This document shows positions 27,201 through 33,992 of a DNA stretch of 64,000 nt, piece by piece. A program made the translations under genes and the position numbers. The DNA is from a virus. The notes under the pieces were generated by a model. It ran no database searches. It was not told the DNA's origin and saw only the letters and a program-made list of their open reading frames with translations. How positions within the stretch are numbered: the first letter of the stretch is position 1; every line of letters begins with the position of its first letter. The stretch lies in the IMG/VR virus record IMGVR_UViG_2799112719_000001; one strand, written 5' to 3'.

Positions 27201-27893
27201 AAGAAATACATGGAAGAGCGTACCCTTACGCAGACGCTTACGCCTCAGTTCCTACGCTTTGCCCGTGTGTTCTTTGCCCAGGAGCATGTCTATGGTGTGC
27301 CTATCGACCTCGATTCCATGCTGGAGGAATACAAGGCCGACTTTGCAGAAGCCAGCAAGAGCCGTGATGATTCCTTCTCGCCAAAACGCTTTAAGGAGCG
27401 TGTGCTGTCCTACTGTGAGACGGCTGGCATTCAGATGAACCCGCCGCAACTCTTCAAGAAAGCAGATGGTAAGGTGCTGAAGAAAGCAGAACAGACCAAC
27501 TACTTTGCTCATCAGGCATGGCGTACCCGTCGCTACTTTGATGGGCGAGAGTGGGAGGATGACCAGACTATCCAGCCGAAACAGATACGCGAACTGACCC
27601 GTACAGAACATGCGGTATATTTCTATCGTATTGGTAAGGACCAGATACCGGCCAATAACGACGAATTGATGAAACAGTATGCCGTCTTTATCACTCAGCC
27701 CGACCCAGCACCGATTACTGACGATAACGGTAATATCGTGACACTGACAGAAGAGGAACAGGCCCGCTGGCGTTCTTATCTGGATTCCCGTCAGCGTAAG
27801 CGTGTGGCTGGTGGCTCTGCCGTACCTACGGCTGCCACCGCAACCGATGGCTCTCCGTCGGCTCCACCCCAGGAAGAGGATCTGCCCTTCTAA
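24252..27893 (+). CDS. Primase-helicase (Zn-finger N-terminus, P-loop SF3/D5-like C-terminal half)
   Basis: CWCPFCKGNAGSTPHFIIY resembles the CHC2 primase zinc finger. Walker A is EGGSGKST and Walker B is VVHWEDVD. The C-terminus ends EEDLPF. Confidence 0.8.
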   Translation: MIYDPLIDELAALPLNLLVTPADQQTEEGQTACWCPFCKGNAGSTPHFIIYNRKRGGLYGKPVEHWFCTKTKRGGYGAIELYAAMKGLGYWWRKDSHSAQTFICVGEDLRQACLQLAMLAGHTKEEVGEKWPQLLKRDYRETAIRPQERVTFEPKTGFTPQDLAALGCTTWLDYDGVEHYGFETGNKDAGWHFDPADIQRDFKISAVGKVTLPAVSRKGEPVSEVLVSTPWNPIFVALVDDETEDSGSIFFPALGIPPMVFCNTDEHTSAKVSRWLAGDKVFVRALELKTSENTGVRKAIQELDPEERVTEVKQEWQESSDKNGNVKMELVDVPLRDKDIKAKAIIYCPSAPDAVATYYHMKALRHTYPKQFGSRWYHVCFPYGAVPFSPVHYNKMHRFADNIYTLFPSATKQTLKARDISCRYRDVLRAELPETIGDRAHLYFPRLYCHPVQTVSEFFLAYQMLPREAYQNDEDINRLFSSCITSALSSDPFERKEKRDKNGMVKEVYYTINPATLWEFMASAGYARDVRPDEPDKIGRYVHIDGPFADELEPSSMVQATIEQLKAYARQLNDSRPGMPDEYELMVQAVLRANKEINEKTIASLPSVKLNYADGYGRHVEHFFYDNGALRITENEISMQPYDRIDFNVERAELLHWNMTPIKNLPFEISENPEYRTRLEAIKNKREQKDDNGKPLYTLQQLAQDDNDLALWAQSHRWIVDWKGKNENEMWPALRVIRGFANEEWEQEQRLLHDGKQFSVEEQMELDCRFANLIFCLGRMLWRYRDSKSNCISYLIENVVSAANRAEGGSGKSTFVRVFAGCAAHILNINGRDLVSNKEFSANLAEYQHHKHRVVHWEDVDASLDFGKLYNLTTGDFSVRYMYKDRITIPLSEGPGHVVTSNYPLHDLDDSTMRRVCLGGFSHRFCGQNIMKNKAARYISDIMPDFNAVSPEKLSASSRNQIAMICALAVQFVMRYDEKVDAQKKYMEERTLTQTLTPQFLRFARVFFAQEHVYGVPIDLDSMLEEYKADFAEASKSRDDSFSPKRFKERVLSYCETAGIQMNPPQLFKKADGKVLKKAEQTNYFAHQAWRTRRYFDGREWEDDQTIQPKQIRELTRTEHAVYFYRIGKDQIPANNDELMKQYAVFITQPDPAPITDDNGNIVTLTEEEQARWRSYLDSRQRKRVAGGSAVPTAATATDGSPSAPPQEEDLPF

Positions 27894-27941
27894 ACTCGAA
27901 ATAACGTAATAACGTAATAACAACAAAAAACAAAAAAGATT

Positions 27942-28544
27942 ATGGCTCGTTACAGATTTTCTATCGACGCAGGCACCTTCATTGGTGCAAGGTTTTTGAA
28001 CTTAACACTTACCGAGGGTGGCAAACCCATCCCTGGCATTTTCATTCCTGCCGGCATCAATGGTATTGAGGTGCAGACTGACAACCGCGATGAGGGTAAG
28101 CGTAATCCATCAGGCATCCGTGCCTTCCTGAACTTCCAGCAGCGTATTTGTAACAACAAGTACATCGAGGCTGTGAAGCAGTCACTCATGCGTAAGGGTG
28201 AGGAAATTACCCTCTACAATGTGCCCGCCTATCAGGTGGCTTACACACTGCCGGAAGAGAAGCGTAAGCCTATCCGTGAGGCATTGAAGAAACGCATCCT
28301 GGCCGAACATCCTGAGTGGAAGGATCAGACTGACACACAGGGCACAGACCTCTCTCGTGCTATCTCTACGCTGATGCCCTATCAGGTGGGCGACTCTTAT
28401 CTCATGGAAGAGCAAAACGCACAGCAGCAGCCGCGTAATGCTTCTGCACCTGTCTCGCAGGCTGTCACCGGCTACTCCGCTCCTACCTCTAACGACTATG
28501 ACCCCTTCGGTGGTGAACAGGCTCCAGATGATCTCCCATTCTAA
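27942..28544 (+). CDS. putative ssDNA-binding protein (SSB-type acidic tip)
   Basis: Sits between the helicase and the clamp. Has a Q/P/G-rich disordered tail ending in DDLPF, like bacterial SSB C-termini. The N-terminal domain was not recognised. Confidence 0.45.
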   Translation: MARYRFSIDAGTFIGARFLNLTLTEGGKPIPGIFIPAGINGIEVQTDNRDEGKRNPSGIRAFLNFQQRICNNKYIEAVKQSLMRKGEEITLYNVPAYQVAYTLPEEKRKPIREALKKRILAEHPEWKDQTDTQGTDLSRAISTLMPYQVGDSYLMEEQNAQQQPRNASAPVSQAVTGYSAPTSNDYDPFGGEQAPDDLPF

Positions 28545-28563
28545 ACCATAAATTCGTAAAGAT

Positions 28564-29715
28564 ATGAAATTTAGTGTTTCCTCCCGTGAGCTGCTGCGCA
28601 TCCTGAAGGCTACTGGTGCAGTCATCCTCCGTAAGAACAGCCTTCCCATTCTGGCCGACCACCTCTTTACCCGTGATGGCGATAAATTCTTCATCACTGG
28701 CTCTTCACAGGAAAATTCGTTGACGATGCCTATTGGTATTACGCTCGACAATGGTAGCGACTTCCAGCCGTTCTGTTTGTTGGCCGTTGACATTATCCCG
28801 CTGCTGGGTGCTCTTCCTGAACAGCCGATAACGGTAGAAGTGGATATGAGCAACCATATTGCTAAGATCATCTACCAGAGTGGTCAGGTGTCGGTGCCTG
28901 TTGAAGACAGTGCCGAATATCCGCGTGTGTCCGATGTAAAGGAGCCAAAGACTTCTTTCGACATCGAGGCCAATATTTTCTTCCCTGCTGTGAAAGCGGC
29001 CAACGGCTGTACGGCTATTGACAGTACGCTGCGCCCTCAGATGTCTGCCGTTGCTCTTGACGTACAGGATGAGGGTGTGGTATTTGTTGGCTCTGATGGC
29101 CACTCGCTCTATAAGTATTCCTATCAGCATGGCGCACCGTTCCTGACTGGCAGTAAGGTGGTTATCCTTATTCCCAACACCATTGCAGGACAGCTTCAGG
29201 CTCCCTTTGCCGGTGTTGAGACGCTGACCATCCAGCATGACGGTAAGCATGTGTGCCTGAAGGCTGGTGATATCACCTTTACCATCCGCGACATTGAACA
29301 GAAGTACCCCAACTACAACTCTGTCATTCCAAAGAACAGCCCCTATCATGCCACCCTGCCTGTGGCTGCTCTCGCTGGTGCAGTGAAGCGTGTGCAACTG
29401 ATGGCCAGTGATGCGTCAAACATGGTGAAACTCTCCAAGGAAGGTATGTTCCTGAACCTGTCGGCTGAAGACTACGATTTCTCGAAGACGGCATCAGAGA
29501 ACCTGGTGCTGGCAGAGGTGGATAATCCGCTGACCATCCCAGATGGCTTTGCTATCGGCTTCAAGGCTTCGTCGTTGCTGATGCTTCTGGGTAATATCTC
29601 TACCGACAATGTGACGTTGCAGCTGTCTGAACCCTCTCGCGCTATTCTGGTCCTGGAGGATGCTCCTAACAGTGCTCTCGTGGAATTGTTGATGCCTATG
29701 CAGCTGAATGCCTAA
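28564..29715 (+). CDS. dnaN: DNA polymerase III beta sliding clamp
   Basis: 383 aa. MKFSVSSRELLRILKATGAVI...LPIL is a typical DnaN N-terminus, and the length fits three domains. Confidence 0.85.
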   Translation: MKFSVSSRELLRILKATGAVILRKNSLPILADHLFTRDGDKFFITGSSQENSLTMPIGITLDNGSDFQPFCLLAVDIIPLLGALPEQPITVEVDMSNHIAKIIYQSGQVSVPVEDSAEYPRVSDVKEPKTSFDIEANIFFPAVKAANGCTAIDSTLRPQMSAVALDVQDEGVVFVGSDGHSLYKYSYQHGAPFLTGSKVVILIPNTIAGQLQAPFAGVETLTIQHDGKHVCLKAGDITFTIRDIEQKYPNYNSVIPKNSPYHATLPVAALAGAVKRVQLMASDASNMVKLSKEGMFLNLSAEDYDFSKTASENLVLAEVDNPLTIPDGFAIGFKASSLLMLLGNISTDNVTLQLSEPSRAILVLEDAPNSALVELLMPMQLNA

Positions 29716-29716
29716 T

Positions 29717-29743
29717 ACTGTGCCCAGCGGTTTTCCGCTGGGT
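29717..29743 (+). terminator. Conserved hairpin, family copy 1
   Basis: ACTGTGCCCAGCGG-TTTT-CCGCTGGGT. Confidence 0.6.
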
Positions 29744-29759
29744 CTAATCTCTCTCATCT

Positions 29760-30080
29760 ATGAAATCTATCTGTCAATGTTTCTATCAGACGGTAGGCCA
29801 CACCTTCTACTACATCTTCAATGATGGCACCGTGCGCTCTACGCGCAATGTCCTGTCAGATCCTAAGACGTGGAAGGTGATAGCCTCTTACAATGGTAAG
29901 GGCTACCGTCGCATCCGCATAGATGGTAAGACGTTCAAGGTGCATCGTCTTGTGGCTACGGCCTTTGTGCCTAACCCAGATAATCTGCCTTACGTTCTTC
30001 ATATTGATGGCGACCGCGAGAATAACCACTACACCAACTTGAAATGGTCAGCAACGCAGAGCAACCATGAAGTTAAGTAG
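29760..30080 (+). CDS. HNH homing-endonuclease-like protein
   Basis: KVHRLVATAFVPNPDNLPYVLHIDGDRENNHYTNLKW matches the HNH_3 pattern. Confidence 0.75.
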   Translation: MKSICQCFYQTVGHTFYYIFNDGTVRSTRNVLSDPKTWKVIASYNGKGYRRIRIDGKTFKVHRLVATAFVPNPDNLPYVLHIDGDRENNHYTNLKWSATQSNHEVK

Positions 30081-30383
30081 AGTTTTGTATCATCACAATC
30101 GGCATGGTGGCTTGTGCCACAACTCACCTCGCCTGCATCGTGTCATCCGTAATGTCTGTATCACTGCTGGTGATTGTGGTGGGTGGTATCATCCCATCCA
30201 CCCCTCAGACATAGGGCTGAATATCCTGCGCATCCTCTCCGTGGATCCTTTCGACCTTTATACGTCACTCCCCGCACCCCAAGGTAAGGATAGCAATTCA
30301 TACATTCGTGGTGACATCCGCTTTCGCCTCTCCCTGCTCCAGCAGCTACTAATGTTAATTCTAATCGTGTTATTATCTGTCTT

Positions 30384-30827
30384 ATGAAAAAGTTAAAAGT
30401 AAAAGTAATCAATAAGTCTCACCATCCGCTGCCAGCCTATGCTACCGCACTTTCTGCTGGCATGGATCTCCGTGCTAATCTCGATGAGCCTATTACGTTG
30501 GAACCTTTGTGTCGCAAACTGGTGCCAACAGGTTTATTTATCGCTCTGCCTCCTGGCTATGAGGCACAGGTACGCCCTCGCTCCGGCCTTGCTCTGAAGC
30601 ATGGTATCACTTGCATCAATACGCATGGTACTGTCGATGCCGACTACAGAGGCGAAGTTGGCGTGTTGCTCGTGAACCTCGGCAATACTCCGTTTGTCAT
30701 CAATGATGGTGAACGTATTGCTCAGATGGTCGTTGCCCGTCACGAACAGGTGGCTTTCGAGTCAGTCGATGTCCTGGATGAAACAGAACGTGGTGATGGT
30801 GGCTATGGTCATTCAGGCGTAAAGTAA
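30384..30827 (+). CDS. dut: dUTP diphosphatase
   Basis: All five dUTPase motifs are present: [35 protein letters not shown]. Confidence 0.95.
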   Translation: MKKLKVKVINKSHHPLPAYATALSAGMDLRANLDEPITLEPLCRKLVPTGLFIALPPGYEAQVRPRSGLALKHGITCINTHGTVDADYRGEVGVLLVNLGNTPFVINDGERIAQMVVARHEQVAFESVDVLDETERGDGGYGHSGVK

Positions 30828-30828
30828 G

Positions 30829-30982
30829 ATGGTAGCACAGTCCCCTATTGTCCTCGGTCAATATTCTCCGTCTCAGAATGGCATAGTGGTGTCGCCTTTT
30901 GGCCCATCACTATGTGTTTCTGGGGGGGGGCAATGGCCATGATACAGACAAACCCAAAATACTTATAGAGTATGACCTGTAG
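30829..30982 (+). CDS. C5-MTase TRD-like mini-ORF A (out of frame at G9, 30922-30930)
   Basis: MVAQSPIVLGQYSPSQNGIVVSPFGPSLCVSGGG/NGHDTDKPKILIEYDL. Contiguous only if the tract is 8 nt. Confidence 0.6.
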
Positions 30983-31134
30983 GCATTCTGTTACGACAAC
31001 TCTCATTAACCCTGACAGGGGGGGGGCAAATCGCTCGTACCATCAAGTATCAGTATTATAAAACCAGCCTGGCTAACTTTCTGCTGAAAACACAGCGTGG
31101 AGCAACCGGCGTATTGATAGAGTATGATTTTTAG
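30972..31134 (+). CDS. TRD-like mini-ORF B (out of frame at G9, 31018-31026)
   Basis: The ATG is nested in the TATGAC (Y-D) codons of ORF A. MTCRHSVTTTLINPDRGG/QIARTIKYQYYKTSLANFLLKTQRGATGVLIEYDF. In frame at G8. Confidence 0.55.
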
Positions 31135-31311
31135 AGTAACCAATGTGGGGAAACCCAAGCAGATTAGGGGGGGCAAATCCGACCTATCAATGTTACGCAA
31201 GATCTTTGCGCTGCCACTCTCACTACCCGCTACGATGCTGTTGGGCCTACTAATATTATCACATTGGCCCATTACCCGATGACAGTTGTATTGATAGAAC
31301 ATGATCTATAA
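31124..31311 (+). CDS. TRD-like mini-ORF C (out of frame at G7, 31167-31173)
   Basis: The ATG is nested in the Y-D codons of B. MIFRVTNVGKPKQIRGG/QIRPINVTQDLCAATLTTRYDAVGPTNIITLAHYPMTVVLIEHDL. In frame at G8. Confidence 0.55.
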
Positions 31312-31479
31312 GGCAATAGGTTGGACTCGCTCTGCTTCTGGACGTGGTGACGTTACTCGTTACCATTTGAAGAATGTTTGCAATACCATCACCTCATTTT
31401 CAGGGGGGGCATTGGCAAAGATTCCACAACAGGAATGTATAACACCACTCCTTATATCTTAGTTGAGCACGAACTGTAA
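31301..31479 (+). CDS. TRD-like mini-ORF D (out of frame at G7, 31403-31409)
   Basis: The ATG is nested in the H-D codons of C. MIYKAIGWTRSASGRGDVTRYHLKNVCNTITSFSGG/GIGKDSTTGMYNTTPYILVEHEL. In frame at G8. Confidence 0.55.
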
Positions 31480-31490
31480 TAAGAAAAAAT

Positions 31491-32944
31491 ATGATTGCAA
31501 AGATTTATCCAGACAACCACCCTGAACTTCAGGGCAAAAAGGATCCGAAGCACCCTGTGAGGTACTTCGATATCCGAAAACTCACCCCCCCGAATGCTAT
31601 ACGCTCATGGGCGTTCCAAGCCCATACATCGACGTGCTGATGAGTACCGAACAGCGACCTTATACGGCTTTTGTCGGTGTTGATAATCAGCTGGCAGTAT
31701 TCGGACTTGAACCGACGGCAACGATGAAAGAAGTAGAGGAAGCCTACCGTGAGGCCCTGGAAAGCCTTGAAGCTCCTATTCCCGATGATGAAGAGAATGA
31801 TGATGAAGTCCCCGTTTCCGAAGATGAAGACGATGCCGAAGAGATTTCCCTTATGCGCCAGAACTACGAACTGGCCTACAACACTATTCTGAAAGCACCG
31901 ACTGAAGAAAAGTTTGGCCCTGTGCAGATCATCAGTAATAGCAACCACTATAAACTCGCTGGCAACTCCATCGTCTGTGATGTTTTGATGTATATCTATG
32001 AGGAAATTTTCTATCCTACTGGCCGTCGTTTGCCTGCCGAACAGCAGGATATGTTTGCACTGCCTCAGTTCCAGCTTTCCCGTAACTGGAAAAAGCAACC
32101 TCTAAAACTCGTTACTTTGTGTTCTGGCTATGATTCGCAAGCGATTGCATTCGATATGTTGAAAGAGCGTTATCCTGATTTCGATTATAGATTGATGGCT
32201 TGGGCAGAGTTTGACCCTGAAAGTAAACGTGCCCTTGATGAGCAGCCTGCCGTTGTTGCTCATAATCTTCTTTTTCCAGATGCAAAAGACCTCAATCGTG
32301 GCGACATGACAAAGGCTGACTGGAGCGACCTTGCAGATGAAGGAATCGACTTCCTGACTTATTCTACTCCATGTCAGAGTATTTCACAGGCTGGCAAACG
32401 AGAGGGCATCAAAAAAGGCTCTGGCACCCGTTCTGCCGTACTGTGGCATACTGAGGATGCCGTAAAGGTGATGCACCCAAAGATCCTTCTGCAAGAGAAT
32501 GTCCGTGCGCTGATTAACAGCGTCAATATGCCCGACTTCCGCGAGTGGTGTCAACTGTTGGAAAAGTATGGATATGTCAACTTCCTGGCACCGTCATTCC
32601 CGACACCATGGGGAGAAACGAAACGTGATAAGAAGACTATACCAGGCATTCTGAATAGTAAGCATTATGGTGTGCCGCAAAATCGTGAGCGTGTCTATAT
32701 GATTTCTGTCCGTAAGGATGTGCTTGACGATACGCAATATGAGTTTCCGCGTCCATTCCCATTGGAAAAGTGCATTGCAGATATCCTGGAAGATAATGTC
32801 GATGAGCGTTTCTTCCTGAAGCCCGATTCAGTAATCAAATTCCTTACAGTGAATGAGAGTGACCAGCAGGCTCAGATATTCTATATTGTCACAGATCATA
32901 AACTCTCTGATGAAGAGATAGCAAAGGCTCGTGCCGGTCAATAG
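31491..32944 (+). CDS. DNA (cytosine-5) methyltransferase core, circularly permuted (motifs IX-X-I-IV-VI-VIII), frameshifted at C7 (31585-31591)
   Basis: VRYFDIRKLTP(P)ECYTLMGVP is motif IX and KLAGNSIVCDV is motif X. LVTLCSGYDSQ is motif I, TYSTPCQSISQAG motif IV, QENV motif VI and GVPQNRERVYMIS motif VIII. The protein stops inside the variable region. In frame at C8. Confidence 0.85.
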
Positions 32945-32946
32945 AT

Positions 32947-33159
32947 ATGATGTACTTGCGTGATAGAGACCCAGCCAGTTCTAATGACTCTGTGAGAGTA
33001 TGCTCCAGTGTAAACCGTGACCTCGATTGCATCAGTTTTCGTGGTGCCCATGCTGACAGAAACTTTCATCAGGTCATAGAACTTGGCTCTTCTCGCGTCA
33101 CGAATACAATAACGTCCGTTCAAAAAGATAACCTCGTATGGATAGAGAGAATGATATAA
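32947..33159 (+). CDS. TRD-like mini-ORF E (no homopolymer)
   Basis: 70 aa, ending ...LGSSRVTNTITSVQKDNLVWIERMI. Starts 3 nt after the core stop codon. Confidence 0.5.
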   Translation: MMYLRDRDPASSNDSVRVCSSVNRDLDCISFRGAHADRNFHQVIELGSSRVTNTITSVQKDNLVWIERMI

Positions 33160-33344
33160 AAACCACTCCCGCCACCGTGCCCGATGAGTCAGCAGCGGGT
33201 GCCCCTGTCGGAAAGCCGTTGGGTATTATCCGTTACCCTCACGGCAAGTTTCGTGGTGGCATACGTCCGGCTGATATTCTCCCTCCATTAACCAATTCCG
33301 ATTTTCAAAACAACAACTTTGTCATTATCGAATATGACCTCTAA
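33138..33344 (+). CDS. TRD-like mini-ORF F (Gly-Gly encoded GGT GGC, no homopolymer)
   Basis: 68 aa: ...KFRGGIRPADILPPLTNSDFQNNNFVIIEYDL. Confidence 0.55.
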   Translation: MDRENDIKTTPATVPDESAAGAPVGKPLGIIRYPHGKFRGGIRPADILPPLTNSDFQNNNFVIIEYDL

Positions 33345-33596
33345 ATCCGCTGTAAGGCATTATATCCCCAGCCGTCCATTCCTCTCGACCGCTACGAGGG
33401 GGGGCAATTCGTGTTGCAAGTCAGACAGGCAACCGAACTGGGCTATATCGAGTGTGTCAGCGGTGGGTGTTTCGATATGGCTTACCCATCCTCTCAGCTT
33501 CGACGCTCCCGTGTCAAAGAGGATGGGCGTGTTGCTTCCGTCCTGATGTCTGGTGAAACGTCTCAATGTGTGTTTATAGAATATGACTTTGATTAA
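33334..33596 (+). CDS. TRD-like mini-ORF G (out of frame at G7, 33398-33404)
   Basis: The ATG is nested in the Y-D codons of F. MTSKSAVRHYIPSRPFLSTATRGG/QFVLQVRQ...RVASVLMSGETSQCVFIEYDFD. In frame at G8. Confidence 0.55.
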
Positions 33597-33783
33597 GCTG
33601 TCGCATACAACCTCCGCACCTCCAAAACCCTTACAGGGGGGGGTACTTCTTCCCATTAACACAGCATCCGGCGGTATCTGTTGCACCCTTAACACCCGTT
33701 ACGACGGTATGCAACTCCCCGAAGACATCCTCAGTCTCGCACATTATCCCAAGACGGTCATCCTTATTGAGCACTATCTATGA
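33583..33783 (+). CDS. TRD-like mini-ORF H (G8 tract 33636-33643, intact)
   Basis: The ATG is nested in the Y-D codons of G. MTLIKLSHTTSAPPKPLQGGVLLPINTASGGICCTLNTRYDGMQLPEDILSLAHYPKTVILIEHYL. Confidence 0.6.
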   Translation: MTLIKLSHTTSAPPKPLQGGVLLPINTASGGICCTLNTRYDGMQLPEDILSLAHYPKTVILIEHYL

Positions 33784-33898
33784 GGGTAGAATCAATGTTT
33801 CGCAGGATGGTTTAATTATTTCTCCTTTTGGCATTTCTCCTACTCATACCGCTGGCCACGGTAATTGTCCCAAAATCCTAATAGAGTACGATTTGTAG
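33780..33898 (+). CDS. TRD-like mini-ORF I (start unclear; nested ATG is out of frame at a GGG run)
   Basis: Reading frame GRINVSQDGLIISPFGISPTHTAGHGNCPKILIEYDL. The ATG at 33780 joins this frame only with one extra G at 33784-33786. A TTG at 33767 is in frame. Confidence 0.4.
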
Positions 33899-33930
33899 CC
33901 ACTGTGCCCGCTGGTTATCCAGCGGGTTTT
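33899..33930 (+). terminator. Conserved hairpin, family copy 2
   Basis: CCACTGTGCCCGCTGG-TTAT-CCAGCGGGTTTT (stem arms swapped relative to the other copies). Confidence 0.6.
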
Positions 33931-33933
33931 CTC

Positions 33934-33970
33934 TTTGTCCCTACCTCCCGCTATTTCTGCACTATCTTTG
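33934..33970 (+). promoter_or_regulatory. Late-type promoter upstream of the tape measure gene
   Basis: TTTGTCCCTACCTCC...CTATCTTTGC, near-identical in architecture to 60587-60623. Confidence 0.45.
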
Positions 33971-33992
33971 CCTAAAATAAACGTGATTTTAT

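Noticed and set aside
27252-29397. Minus-strand ORFs of 224-230 aa
   Set aside because: They are antisense to the helicase, SSB-like and dnaN genes.
30067-30412. 106-aa plus-strand and 83-aa minus-strand ORFs between HNH and dut
   Set aside because: They overlap each other on opposite strands, and neither has a recognisable motif or leader. I left the region as an unexplained spacer.
31529-32098. 189-aa minus-strand ORF
   Set aside because: It is antisense to the C5-MTase core, whose motifs IX, X and I are on the plus strand.
30829-33898. Stop-codon reassignment as the explanation for the many short ORFs in the MTase region
   Set aside because: The units end in a mix of TAG, TAA and TGA. 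All three codons terminate well-conserved proteins elsewhere in the window (dut, dnaN, parA). Successive units are mostly in different frames, so read-through would not join them.
30829-33898. One long multispecific methyltransferase gene broken only by sequencing errors
   Set aside because: Correcting the homopolymers repairs each mini-ORF internally. It does not remove their own stop codons or nested start codons, so the units stay separate.
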